NCBI GenBank assembly: GCA_022820835.1
Contig: JAJEET010000128.1
Location: 10,744 to 74,743, forward strand
Origin: Candidatus Poribacteria bacterium
GTDB taxonomy: Bacteria > Poribacteria > WGA-4E > WGA-3G
Direction of reading: 5' to 3'
Length of the DNA stretch: 64,000 bases
Both the position numbers and the translations under genes were made by a program. This document shows, piece by piece, positions 19,915 to 29,632 of the stretch; the stretch's first letter is position 1, and each line of letters begins with the position of its first letter. Under the pieces are notes generated by a model. That model was not told where the DNA came from and did no database searches. It saw nothing but the letters and a program-made list of their open reading frames with translations.

Positions 19915-20598
19915 GTGTCGGCAATCTCAAAAAAACAAACAAAAACCGAAGATCTACACAACTATCCTTTCGACGCGGAAATCTTCCGTCAGACATTCAA
20001 TGGATACGTTCGGAGACTCAATACCATCTTTATAATTGTAGCCATTTTGATCTGCGTGCCTTTCATTGCCTACGCGATTGCATTGTATTTAGAACAGGCA
20101 ACAGTTAACGTTACAGGCTTTTTAAATTTCTGGTACGCTGGTGAATCGTTACTAATGGATTTGGGGTTTCCTCAGGTAAGTTTCGGGATTTTCTCATCAG
20201 GAATCATTGCAGTTGGACACATGTCGGTCGGGCTCATCTCAGTAGGCAACTTTTCTTGTGGTGTCATCTCAATCGGTGTTTTCGGTTCTTGTGGTGTGAT
20301 CTCCATCGGTGGTCTATCCCCTATTGGCGTTATTGCCATCGGGTATAACAATGTGTATGGGATCGTTGCTATTGCGGCTGGAAACAAAAAACCTTTTGAA
20401 AAAGGCGTATACGTCAACGGAAAGGCTTTCGGATTTATTTCGTTTGGTCGGCAGGCACGAGGTGTTTATGTGCTCTCTTATGGCGATGAAGGCGAAGGCA
20501 TTTATCAATTTTCACCGAAACGCCAAGATCCAGAGGCTGTCGCACTCTTTACGCCTTGGTACAAGAAATTCAAAAACGCATTTGTTTTGCCTTCTTAA
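19915..20598 (+). CDS. Membrane protein with a Gly-rich [IV]-S/A-[IV]-G short-repeat region
   Basis: One clear TM helix (IFIIVAILICVPFIAYAIALYL). It is followed by GIIAVGHMSVGLISVGNFSCGVISIGVFGSCGVISIGGLSPIGVIAIGYNNVYGIVAIAAG. The start is uncertain because GTG 19915 overlaps its own GGAGG. Confidence 0.55.
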   Translation: MSAISKKQTKTEDLHNYPFDAEIFRQTFNGYVRRLNTIFIIVAILICVPFIAYAIALYLEQATVNVTGFLNFWYAGESLLMDLGFPQVSFGIFSSGIIAVGHMSVGLISVGNFSCGVISIGVFGSCGVISIGGLSPIGVIAIGYNNVYGIVAIAAGNKKPFEKGVYVNGKAFGFISFGRQARGVYVLSYGDEGEGIYQFSPKRQDPEAVALFTPWYKKFKNAFVLPS

Positions 20599-20662
20599 AG
20601 CAATTCCTTTATTCCTTCTAAAGATCGGGATAAACCTTCACAGAACGCCTAAGAAAATTGGG

Positions 20663-21022
20663 CTACGGTTTCCGCGGCGGTCTCTCATCTACGGGTGCCT
20701 CCTCCTTGCTTAGCACCTCAACAAGATGATAGGCGTACCGTCCGACATCTTGGATTTCTGTTCCCCTATCCTCGAGTCTGACTTTTAGAGTATAGATATA
20801 CCCTGGCTCAAAGTCGAATCCCTGTATACTTTCATAAAAAAAATGCCATTCTTGGCTTTCCTCATTGAATTCAAGGTAGCACTCCTGTTCAAAAGCACCT
20901 ACACAGTCTACTTCATAGGGGCCGATGATGAGGGTCTCTATGTGTTCATCTCGACCACATCCGATGATGAAAAATAAAAAGATCAATGTGATTGAGAGTA
21001 TGTGTTTTGTTGAGGATGGCAT
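20663..21022 (-). CDS. Small lipoprotein (DUF4377-like, from memory)
   Basis: Internal ATG 21022 gives the lipobox MPSSTKHILSITLIFLFFIIG/C. The mature part is GPYEVDCVGAFEQECYLEF..WHFFYESIQGFDFEPGYIYTLKV. The longer track version overlaps the next ORF. Confidence 0.6.
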   Translation of the reverse strand: MPSSTKHILSITLIFLFFIIGCGRDEHIETLIIGPYEVDCVGAFEQECYLEFNEESQEWHFFYESIQGFDFEPGYIYTLKVRLEDRGTEIQDVGRYAYHLVEVLSKEEAPVDERPPRKP

Positions 21023-21056
21023 GTTTTTCCCCGGTAATCTATAGATAGTTACACTG

Positions 21057-21335
21057 TTATTTCTCACGTTCCTCAATAATCGCACGGCTAAACTCGTTAT
21101 CCTCAGCACGAATGCGGGTTGCCATACTTTTGCGGAGCTCCTCAACAGGAATCGGTTCCACATCGGGAATCCCCATCTTTTCAAGGAGTTCGTTCATAAT
21201 TCTCGCCCCTTCTTTCTTATCTGCTGTATGTGCCTGACCCTCTACCTCGGTATAGGCATGCTGTGGCGCATTCGGCACCAATTCATCAACAAGCCAAGAG
21301 AGTTGTAGTGTTACGTGTTCTAGGACTTTCTCCAA
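21057..21335 (-). CDS. Hypothetical small protein (weak call)
   Basis: TTG start with no clear RBS. An internal ATG (MNELLEKMGIPD..) follows GAAGGGG. No family recognised. Confidence 0.3.
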   Translation of the reverse strand: MEKVLEHVTLQLSWLVDELVPNAPQHAYTEVEGQAHTADKKEGARIMNELLEKMGIPDVEPIPVEELRKSMATRIRAEDNEFSRAIIEEREK

Positions 21336-21412
21336 TCGATCTAACCGTTCGGCTAGGGTTAAGATTAGGCGCGCTTACGGAGTGCGCCTGTTGACTGAAT
21401 TTAGCAATCTCA

Positions 21413-24085
21413 TTAGGCAGACAAGAAATTCCGAATCACGTAGTCCAGAATCCCACCGTGTTTGTAGTATTCTACTTCTACGGGTGAATCAATCCTGATT
21501 AACAGCTCCGTTGTGTGTGTCTCGCCGTTTGCACGGACGATCTTCATCGTTGCCATCTGTCCGGGTTGGAGGTCATCGGCGAATCCTGTGATACTGATAA
21601 TTTCACTGCCGTTGAGGTTAAGCGTCTGCACGTTCTCACCGTCTTTGAACTGCAACGGTAAGACTCCCATACCGATGAGGTTACTGCGGTGGATGCGTTC
21701 GTAACTCTCCACAACAACAGCCTTGACCCCCAAGAGTTTCGGTCCTTTCGCTGCCCAATCGCGAGAACTCCCCATACCGTAATCGAGTCCGGCAAAGATG
21801 ACAGTTGGGACGCTGTTTTCACGATAGTTGAGTGCTGCTTCGTAGATGGTTGTTTGTGTCCCTTCTGGATACTGAATCGTGAACCCGCCTTCCACATCCG
21901 GTGTCATCAAGTTACGGACCCGACGATTTGCAAAGGTGCCGCGGGTCATCACACGGTCGTTACCGCGTCTGGAACCGTAGGTATTAAAATCTCGCGTTTC
22001 GACCCCGCGCGCGTGGAGGTATTCGCCTGTTGGACTCGCTGCTGCGATTGCGCCCGCTGGCGAAATATGATCCGTCGTGACAGAATCCCCGAAGATACCG
22101 AGGACTCGCGCATCCACGATGTCCGAAATCGGAGCCGGCTCCCTCGAAAAGCCTTCAAAGAACGGAGGATGCTGGACATAAGTGCTCCGCTCGTTCCAAG
22201 GATAGAGGACACCCGTCGCACCGGCGAGTTCTTCCCATTCCGGTGCCTGGTTACCGATCGCTTCGTACATCTCTTTGAACGTCTGTCGATTGACTGCTTC
22301 AGCGATCCTCTCAGCGATCTCTTGACGGGTGGGCCAGATGTCTCGAAGATAGACCGCTTCACCGGCATCGTTGTGTCCAAGTGGTTCCGTAGCGAGGTCA
22401 ATATCAATACGACCCGCGATCCCGAAGGCGACAACAAGTGGGGGCGACATCAGGAAATTTGACTTAATCTCTGGATGCACGCGCGCTTCAAAGTTACGGT
22501 TACCGCTCAAAACACTAGCTGTGACGAGATTTCCTTCATCTATTGCTGCTTGAACGTCGTCACTTAGTGGACCGCTGTTACCGATACAGGTTGTGCATCC
22601 GTAACCGACAACGTTATAACCGAGTTGTTCCAAATAGGGCAACAAACCGGTATTCTGCAGATACTCGGTTACGACGCGCGAACCGGGAGCCAAACTCGTT
22701 TTGACGTAATCAGGGACACGCAGCCCTTTCTCAACCGCCTTCTTGGCAAGCAGTCCGGCACCTATCATGACGGACGGGTTACTTGTGTTTGTGCAGCTCG
22801 TAATAGCGGAGATAACAACGGATCCATGGGTTATATCGCCGCTGCCGTGTACGTCTTCCGCCACACCGAAACCATCTTCTGCGACGGGGCGCGTAAGGAG
22901 TTCATTAAATGTCTGTTTAACATCCGACAAAGCAATCCGATCCTGCGGTCGTTTTGGTCCTGCGATACTCGGTTCAATGTCTCCGAGATCAATTTCGAGC
23001 ACATCGGAGTACTCGACTTCTCCGAGACGCGGGATACCGAACATGCCTTGTGCTTTAAGATACGCCTCTACCAAGTCAACATGCGATTCATCGCGTCCTG
23101 TGAGGCGGAGATATTGCATCGTTTCTGCGTCAGGTGGGAAGAAACCGATCGTTGCCCCGTATTCAGGGCACATGTTGGAGATCGTTGCACGGTCGGGTAA
23201 GGAGAGCACTTCTACACCTTCACCGAAGAATTCAACGAACTTACCGACAACTGCAGCGGCTCTGAGGCGTTGCGTTACGGTCAACACCAGATCCGTTGCG
23301 GTAACGCCTTCTTGGAGTTCACCTTTGAGGTGTACACCGAGCACTTCTGGCGTGAGGATATAGACAGGTTGTCCTAACATCGCGGCTTCCGCTTCAATCC
23401 CGCCGACCCCCCACCCGACGATGCCTAAACCGTTAATCATTGTTGTGTGTGAATCTGTACCGACAACGGTATCGGGATAGGCGAGCGAATCCTCTGTCAT
23501 AACCACCTTCGCGAGGTATTCCAAGTTCACTTGATGGACAATACCGATAGATGGCGGAATGATGTTAAACTTTTCAAACGCCTGCTGTCCCCATTTCAGG
23601 AATTCATAACGTTCTTTGTTGCGTTCAAACTCGCGCTGTGTGTTGAACTGAAAGGCGTTCTCTGAGCCATACGCATCGACTTGGATAGAGTGGTCAATGA
23701 CTAAATCGACGGGAACGAGGGGTTCTATCATACTTGCGTCGCCACCGAGTTCTGCGACAGCGGAGCGCATCGCGGCGATATCAACGACAAGCGGGACACC
23801 TGTGAAATCCTGTGCGACTACGCGTGCGGGTTTGAACGGGATCTCAGCGGCTTTCGGTGAATCTGCGTTCCAATTCGCTAAATTCACAACATCGTCTTCT
23901 GTAATCTGATGTCCGTCGTAATTTCGCAGTAGCGATTCGAGTAAGATGCGGAGGCTGATGGGCAAAGTTTTAATAGACCCGATGCCAGCTTCTGTTAAGG
24001 CAGGCAGTGAATAGTAGTTACACGCGAACCCTTCACCTTCAAGGGTCCGGTGTGTATTGAACAAATTGTGAGCAGGATGGGGCAT
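21413..24085 (-). CDS. acnA: Aconitate hydratase A
   Basis: 890 aa. Full-length collinearity with AcnA/IRP-type aconitases ([37 protein letters not shown]). Confidence 0.95.
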   Translation of the reverse strand: MPHPAHNLFNTHRTLEGEGFACNYYSLPALTEAGIGSIKTLPISLRILLESLLRNYDGHQITEDDVVNLANWNADSPKAAEIPFKPARVVAQDFTGVPLVVDIAAMRSAVAELGGDASMIEPLVPVDLVIDHSIQVDAYGSENAFQFNTQREFERNKERYEFLKWGQQAFEKFNIIPPSIGIVHQVNLEYLAKVVMTEDSLAYPDTVVGTDSHTTMINGLGIVGWGVGGIEAEAAMLGQPVYILTPEVLGVHLKGELQEGVTATDLVLTVTQRLRAAAVVGKFVEFFGEGVEVLSLPDRATISNMCPEYGATIGFFPPDAETMQYLRLTGRDESHVDLVEAYLKAQGMFGIPRLGEVEYSDVLEIDLGDIEPSIAGPKRPQDRIALSDVKQTFNELLTRPVAEDGFGVAEDVHGSGDITHGSVVISAITSCTNTSNPSVMIGAGLLAKKAVEKGLRVPDYVKTSLAPGSRVVTEYLQNTGLLPYLEQLGYNVVGYGCTTCIGNSGPLSDDVQAAIDEGNLVTASVLSGNRNFEARVHPEIKSNFLMSPPLVVAFGIAGRIDIDLATEPLGHNDAGEAVYLRDIWPTRQEIAERIAEAVNRQTFKEMYEAIGNQAPEWEELAGATGVLYPWNERSTYVQHPPFFEGFSREPAPISDIVDARVLGIFGDSVTTDHISPAGAIAAASPTGEYLHARGVETRDFNTYGSRRGNDRVMTRGTFANRRVRNLMTPDVEGGFTIQYPEGTQTTIYEAALNYRENSVPTVIFAGLDYGMGSSRDWAAKGPKLLGVKAVVVESYERIHRSNLIGMGVLPLQFKDGENVQTLNLNGSEIISITGFADDLQPGQMATMKIVRANGETHTTELLIRIDSPVEVEYYKHGGILDYVIRNFLSA

Positions 24086-24249
24086 TCTGCTGACTCCTTT
24101 TTAATAGTTGTCAATAGTTTTCAGCTTTGACTGAGAACTCGCGCCTTAGCAAAATTATCCGTAGACAGGTTCTTGGTCAAAATTATCAGTTACAAGAGTC
24201 CTCTTAACTGAAAACTGAGTACTGTTAACTGAAAACTATGAACCGTGTA

Positions 24250-26568
24250 TTATCTTTTTTTTTGAAGTTTCGTAATTTCGCCAAGTTGTTGTCGGGCATG
24301 CACGACGACAACGTTCTCAGGATAGTCCGTGATAAGCGTCGTATAGGTAGCGGCAGCGTTATCAAAATCAGATTGTTGTCGATAGACTTCGGCGATGTTT
24401 ATGAGTGCTTTCGTAGCGATAGGACTCTCTTTAGCGACGACTTGTCGGTACGCATTGATTGCCTCGTCACCTCTGCCTTCTCTGCGATGGATATGACCGA
24501 TAAGCAGCCACACCTCATCAACAATAGTAGCCTTCGGATAGACTTCAAGTACGCGTTGGCACTGCTGCAACGCCTCCTCCGTTTCGCCGCTTAGATAACG
24601 TTGTACAGCAGTGACATAATCCGTAAGTGGCACCTTGAAATAGCCAGGATGATTCTGGATGAGGACGATTCGTTCAAGGGCATCATTCGTGAGTCGGTCA
24701 GATTTTGAGATTTGGATCACAAGTTTGTATTCCTTGACGGCTTGTTCAAAGTCCGAGTCAAAGAAATAAGAATCGCCGATAAGTTTTCGAGCGGTTGCGC
24801 GGAAACTGCCGTTCCGATTGGCGATCGGTTCAAGCACTTCCCTCGCGAGCGTATAACGTTTGAGTAGAGTATGGCATTCGCCCAAAATTAATTGTGCTTC
24901 CTCTAATTGACTGGTCGCCAAGCGTTGGGTGAGCAACGGTTCGAGAGCCATCTGTGCTGCTTTCGGGTCCCGAAGTCCATGCAACTGTAACCGTCCGAGC
25001 AACAACATGTCTTTGATAGATGCTCTACTTGTCTCGATCTGTTCTTTTAAGAGTTTGACCGCTGCATCCCACTGTTCCATCTCTTGGTAAAGTTCAGCGA
25101 GTTTAGTTCGGACGTTCCTAATGCGCTGTCTATCTGTTGAACCTGTTATTACTGCTTTGTAATAGTCAGCGGACACCTGTAGGTTTTCATTGCGTTGTAA
25201 AACCCGTGCGTAATTTTCAAGTGTTAAGTCCGTATGCAACGTATAATATTGATGGAGCTGCTTAAACGTTTCAAGTGCTTGCGTTGTCCTACCAGCATAA
25301 AAATAGAGTTCCGCTAAAGTCATTACGGCATTTGGATCATACCGAGGTTGCGGACGCCGTTTTTCAAGTTCAGCAATTAGTTTTTCTTGAATCGGCTTGT
25401 GTTGTTCGCCTTCATAAATTTCGAGCATCGGGTTCCAGATCGTTTCCCGCGTGTTACGATCGAGACCGATGCGTAATAAAGCATCAATGTAGACCGCAGC
25501 AGCATCTTCAATTTCGCCCTGAATTTTGTATGTTGATGCCAATTGTAGATAGGGGTGGATGCTCTGGGGATTAAGCTGAATCGCTTGCCGATATGCCGCA
25601 ATCGCTTGTGGATACATCTTATTTGAGAGATAGATTGCACCGAGTTGCTGATGTCGGTCATACCGATTGGATTGTCCGGTTACCAGTTTCTCCCATTCGG
25701 AGATGGCTTGATCGGTGTTACCCATCTCCGCATAGAGCGCGCCTAACTTCTCACGCAGGTTTGTATTTCCGGGACTCCGCTTAATCGCTTTCTTGTAAAG
25801 TTCGAGTGCCTTCGGATAGTTATCCTGTTGCTGATATAGTCCCGCTAATTGCTCCAGCAAAGTTATGTCATCGGGATACTGTTGAATCCGCGTTTGAATC
25901 ATATCTTCAGCCTCAGCGTAACGGCGGTTCGTGATGTACAACCGAATGAGCCTATTAACTGCTGTCGTTCGATACGGTGAAGTCGGGAAGTTGTCAAGGA
26001 AATACTTGTAACTCTTTAGCGCCTCTTCAGAATTGCCTTCTGCTTCTTGATACTGACCGACGAGATAAGCAGCCGTCGCAGCAACAGTAGTATCCGGGTG
26101 TTTTTTGAGGATCTGTTTGCACTCTAAAATCGCCTCTTGAAACTGGTAGCGTTCCCAATACAGATTGACTAACCGATGTACTGCCCGGGTGGCATAAGAA
26201 CCGTTAGGGTTTTCGTCAACAACCTCTCTGAAAACGCGTTGTGCTGCGGCATCCTCACCGATTTTGGCATAACTTTGTCCCAACATCAAGCGAATCGAAT
26301 CTTTTTGGCTCTGTTGTAGCTGAGTGCTTGCGTCGTCGCTGTCGGTTATCCCATTTTCAAGCAACGCTTGATATGCCTCAATTGCTTCCGTGTACCGCTG
26401 TTCGTGATAATGATCGTGTGCCGCTTCAATACGTTCCAATAATTTAAGTGCTGCCGATGGGGGCGCACTGCGCTGAACCTGTGCGAAAACATAATGCGGG
26501 ACTGTGGTCAAAAGGAATAGAGGTAAAATCAAGAGAAAAACGACGCGTCGATACTTTGTAGGTTCCAT
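24250..26568 (-). CDS. Secreted tetratricopeptide-repeat (TPR) protein
   Basis: More than 15 TPR-like units run through the protein. Signal peptide FLLILPLFLLTTVPHYVFA/Q. The start is ambiguous (ATG 26568, 26604 or 26646). Confidence 0.75.
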   Translation of the reverse strand: MEPTKYRRVVFLLILPLFLLTTVPHYVFAQVQRSAPPSAALKLLERIEAAHDHYHEQRYTEAIEAYQALLENGITDSDDASTQLQQSQKDSIRLMLGQSYAKIGEDAAAQRVFREVVDENPNGSYATRAVHRLVNLYWERYQFQEAILECKQILKKHPDTTVAATAAYLVGQYQEAEGNSEEALKSYKYFLDNFPTSPYRTTAVNRLIRLYITNRRYAEAEDMIQTRIQQYPDDITLLEQLAGLYQQQDNYPKALELYKKAIKRSPGNTNLREKLGALYAEMGNTDQAISEWEKLVTGQSNRYDRHQQLGAIYLSNKMYPQAIAAYRQAIQLNPQSIHPYLQLASTYKIQGEIEDAAAVYIDALLRIGLDRNTRETIWNPMLEIYEGEQHKPIQEKLIAELEKRRPQPRYDPNAVMTLAELYFYAGRTTQALETFKQLHQYYTLHTDLTLENYARVLQRNENLQVSADYYKAVITGSTDRQRIRNVRTKLAELYQEMEQWDAAVKLLKEQIETSRASIKDMLLLGRLQLHGLRDPKAAQMALEPLLTQRLATSQLEEAQLILGECHTLLKRYTLAREVLEPIANRNGSFRATARKLIGDSYFFDSDFEQAVKEYKLVIQISKSDRLTNDALERIVLIQNHPGYFKVPLTDYVTAVQRYLSGETEEALQQCQRVLEVYPKATIVDEVWLLIGHIHRREGRGDEAINAYRQVVAKESPIATKALINIAEVYRQQSDFDNAAATYTTLITDYPENVVVVHARQQLGEITKLQKKR

Positions 26569-26690
26569 TCTTCTGTGATGTAGTCGTGAAATAAGGGTTG
26601 GCATATAATTGTCTCTTTTCAAGTCCGATAGGTAATAGTGTAACAATACGACACAAACAAAATGTTTGTGCTACAAAATAACTGTTTAAT

Positions 26691-27887
26691 TTAAAGTGTC
26701 ACAAGGCTGGCGAACAATGCCATGCCATAAATCATGCAAGTTTCGTCAATGTCAAATTGTGGGTGATGACACATATTCACAATCCCTTTTTCCTCGTTTC
26801 CTGCACCTACCATTACAAAGCAGGCGGGGATTTCTTGTGAGTAGTAACCGAAGTCCTCGCCGCCGAGCACTGGCGGCACCGGAAATATGAGTTTGTCTTC
26901 TGCAACAAGACTCCCCGCTGCGGATAATGCTGTTTTCACACACGGTTCATGGTTATATGTCACCGGATAGCCGTCTTGATAGTCAAACGTATAGGTTGCA
27001 TCGTTGGCACTTGCAAATCCAGCAATGAGACGTTCGATCTGCTCTCGGACCCGTTTCTGAACAGATTTTTGGAGCGTACGCACAGTACCTCCGATCAGGA
27101 CATTCGGTGGGATGACATTGAGTGCTGCACCGAAGAGTCCTTCCTGCAAGTTCGCGTCTCCACCATGTACCTGTGTAACACTGACGACAGCTGCGTCTAA
27201 AGGATTCACATTTCTGGAGATAATCGACTGCAAAGCCGTTATGAATTGTGCGCCGATAACGATTGGATCAACAGTGAGATGTGGGAACCCTGCGTGTCCG
27301 CCCCTACCCGTAAGTGTAATCTCAAAAGTATCAGACTGTGCGAGCATCGGTCCTGTGCAGGTGGCGTACTCACCTACGGCATAGAGTGGAAAAACGTGTA
27401 TGCCATAAATTTCGTCTACATCTTCCAACGCGCCGTCTGCTATCATTGCTGGTGCCCCCCCCGGCGCTGCTTCTTCACTCGGTTGGAAGATGAACCGGAC
27501 ATGTGATTTGAGGTGGCTTCGGATATCTGAAAGGATTCTCGCGGTTCCGATCAGCATTGCAGTGTGTGCATCATGTCCACAGAGGTGTGCTTTACCATCA
27601 ATTTTTGACTTGTACGGCACATCCGTCATTTCCTGAATCGGGAGCGCGTCCATATCTGCTCGCAATGCGATACGTCTTGATGCCCCGGAGACTTCCAAAT
27701 CGCCGACAACGCCTGTCCGACCGATACCGGTTTTGACGGGGATATCGAGTGCGTGAAGTGCGTCAGCAGCGATCCCCGCCGTGCGATGCACATCAAAACC
27801 CAATTCAGGGTACTGATGGATATCACGACGAATAGCGATAATATCGTTAAAATGATGGCGGCACTGCTCAAAAATCAGATCTTTCAT
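26691..27887 (-). CDS. M20D-family amidohydrolase (N-acyl-amino-acid / hippurate hydrolase type)
   Basis: IRRDIHQYPELGF, ALRADMDALPI, HLCGHDAHTAML and FQPSEE are M20D signatures. Confidence 0.85.
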   Translation of the reverse strand: MKDLIFEQCRHHFNDIIAIRRDIHQYPELGFDVHRTAGIAADALHALDIPVKTGIGRTGVVGDLEVSGASRRIALRADMDALPIQEMTDVPYKSKIDGKAHLCGHDAHTAMLIGTARILSDIRSHLKSHVRFIFQPSEEAAPGGAPAMIADGALEDVDEIYGIHVFPLYAVGEYATCTGPMLAQSDTFEITLTGRGGHAGFPHLTVDPIVIGAQFITALQSIISRNVNPLDAAVVSVTQVHGGDANLQEGLFGAALNVIPPNVLIGGTVRTLQKSVQKRVREQIERLIAGFASANDATYTFDYQDGYPVTYNHEPCVKTALSAAGSLVAEDKLIFPVPPVLGGEDFGYYSQEIPACFVMVGAGNEEKGIVNMCHHPQFDIDETCMIYGMALFASLVTL

Positions 27888-28015
27888 GATGAAATCTAAA
27901 CCGACCTTCCATAGCTCTTTATGTAATAGGACTTATGCAACCCCCTTGCAAGCGGGGTTTGCAACCCCGTCTGTCACATAAGGTCTCATAAAAAAATGCG
28001 TAAGTCTAATGCAAA

Positions 28016-29614
28016 TTAGAACGTTAACATACGCCGTAAGATGCTCTGATGTCCGTTTTCATTTTCAAGTCGATAGATAATTGTATAATCACCTTGCATC
28101 GCCTGAAAGACTTCGGTATTAATGGCAGGTGTTAATTCTACCTGCGTTGAACCGTCATCAGGGATTGTTTTCGTTTCTGTGAAAGGACCGTAGCACCTCT
28201 CTCCTAAAGGGTTAAGTACCTTCCATGTTAAGGTTAGCTGCCTCGGACGCGGCGGATTATTAATGTAGACAGTAATTTTATCATCAACGCGTCCGTTCTC
28301 AAATGCGAGGGTCCCTAATTTCGAGAACAGTTTCATAGTCAATGTTAGTGGCGGTATATATTCGAGGTATCCTCTACCGGGGATTGCCCGCCATGTTCCG
28401 CCGGTAGCTAATGCAATCTGTCGGATCGGAAGGTAATCTATACCGATGACATCGACACGTACGCGTTCTTTCTGTAATGTTTCAATCACTTCGTCAAGGC
28501 TATAGGGAGACCTTCCGTCGTAATCGGCATCATGGAACGCGCCATCACTTGCGAGAACAATGAAGCGTTGTGCGCCTCTGCGGAATTTGATCTCCTTTAC
28601 TGCGGTCATAAGACCATCGAGTCCTGCCTCGGCAATGTCGCCGCCGCCATCAACACCGATTTTGAATAGCCAATTCTTGAAGGTGCCGAGGTCGTCCGTG
28701 CGTCCATACCTTTTTGTTTTATCTGTGAATGTCACTAATCCGAAAGTGGCATCGCGTTCTTCTCGCTCCATAGTCTCAAATAGGAAATCGACATAAGCAC
28801 GGATACCGCGGATGTTATCTACCATACTCGCGGTTTCGTCAAGCACGAAGATAACATCGACCTTCTTCGTTGTAGTGGCTTCAGCGAGTGTATTCGCAAT
28901 GTCCTTCATCATGTAGACGAAAACGCCACCAATTCCACCACCAGCAGAGGAGCTGCCGCCACCCCAAGAATTGCCAATACTTGTCGCTCGTAGCGCATCC
29001 CCGCGCTTACTTCCGTAGTGAATCCCGGGCGCATCGACAGCTGGTGAAGCCCCGGTATTCTTCAAAGTCGCGTCTGTCTCTAAAGCGACCTGTCTCGTTT
29101 CTCCCTGCGGTTCGGTATAGTCTGAATTTGGTGCCGTTGAAGGTATGGATACCGGTTGCGTGATTGAATGCGTTCTCAAACGGTTCTCAGTGGTATAGTT
29201 TACAGGTTTCCCGGTGGTAGGAAGCGACTGTGATACCCGGTTTCCGGTTTCTCGTGCGGAATTTGTCATCTCTTGCCTGTGAGTATTTGGTCTGGAGGCA
29301 ACTACTGGTGTTTCCTGATCTGCTGTCTGCCAAGTTGCCATCAGAGCAGCTTTCGGTTTCGGTCGCATTGGTGGCGGTTTCGATTCTTCGACGACTTCAG
29401 ATTCAGCAGGCACGGATAGGATAGGTTTCACAAAGACGGGTGGTTTAGTGGGAGATGACAACGGTCTAACCAGTGTTATCCATCCATCTATTTTTTCCTG
29501 AAATGATGGTAACAGCGTTTCGTTAGGGACCAACAACCATATCACCAATAACAACGGGAAATGGATAAGGAGTGAAAGTATAAAATATGGGGAAGTACTT
29601 TTCCGTCTCAACAT
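28016..29614 (-). CDS. Membrane-anchored von Willebrand factor A (VWA) domain protein
   Basis: AAGGAGGA RBS. One N-terminal TM helix, a Pro/Ser/Thr-rich linker, a Gly-rich tract, then a VWA core (VDVIFVLDETASM .. GGDIAEAGLDGL .. IVLASDG) and a C-terminal beta-rich domain. Confidence 0.75.
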   Translation of the reverse strand: MLRRKSTSPYFILSLLIHFPLLLVIWLLVPNETLLPSFQEKIDGWITLVRPLSSPTKPPVFVKPILSVPAESEVVEESKPPPMRPKPKAALMATWQTADQETPVVASRPNTHRQEMTNSARETGNRVSQSLPTTGKPVNYTTENRLRTHSITQPVSIPSTAPNSDYTEPQGETRQVALETDATLKNTGASPAVDAPGIHYGSKRGDALRATSIGNSWGGGSSSAGGGIGGVFVYMMKDIANTLAEATTTKKVDVIFVLDETASMVDNIRGIRAYVDFLFETMEREERDATFGLVTFTDKTKRYGRTDDLGTFKNWLFKIGVDGGGDIAEAGLDGLMTAVKEIKFRRGAQRFIVLASDGAFHDADYDGRSPYSLDEVIETLQKERVRVDVIGIDYLPIRQIALATGGTWRAIPGRGYLEYIPPLTLTMKLFSKLGTLAFENGRVDDKITVYINNPPRPRQLTLTWKVLNPLGERCYGPFTETKTIPDDGSTQVELTPAINTEVFQAMQGDYTIIYRLENENGHQSILRRMLTF

Positions 29615-29632
29615 CTTTCCTCCTTCTTATAG

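Noticed and set aside
21513-23909. Multiple ORFs of 60-257 aa antisense or out of frame within acnA.
   Set aside because: acnA is full length with conserved motifs. The overlapping ORFs have Arg/Ser/Cys-rich composition typical of off-frame translation.
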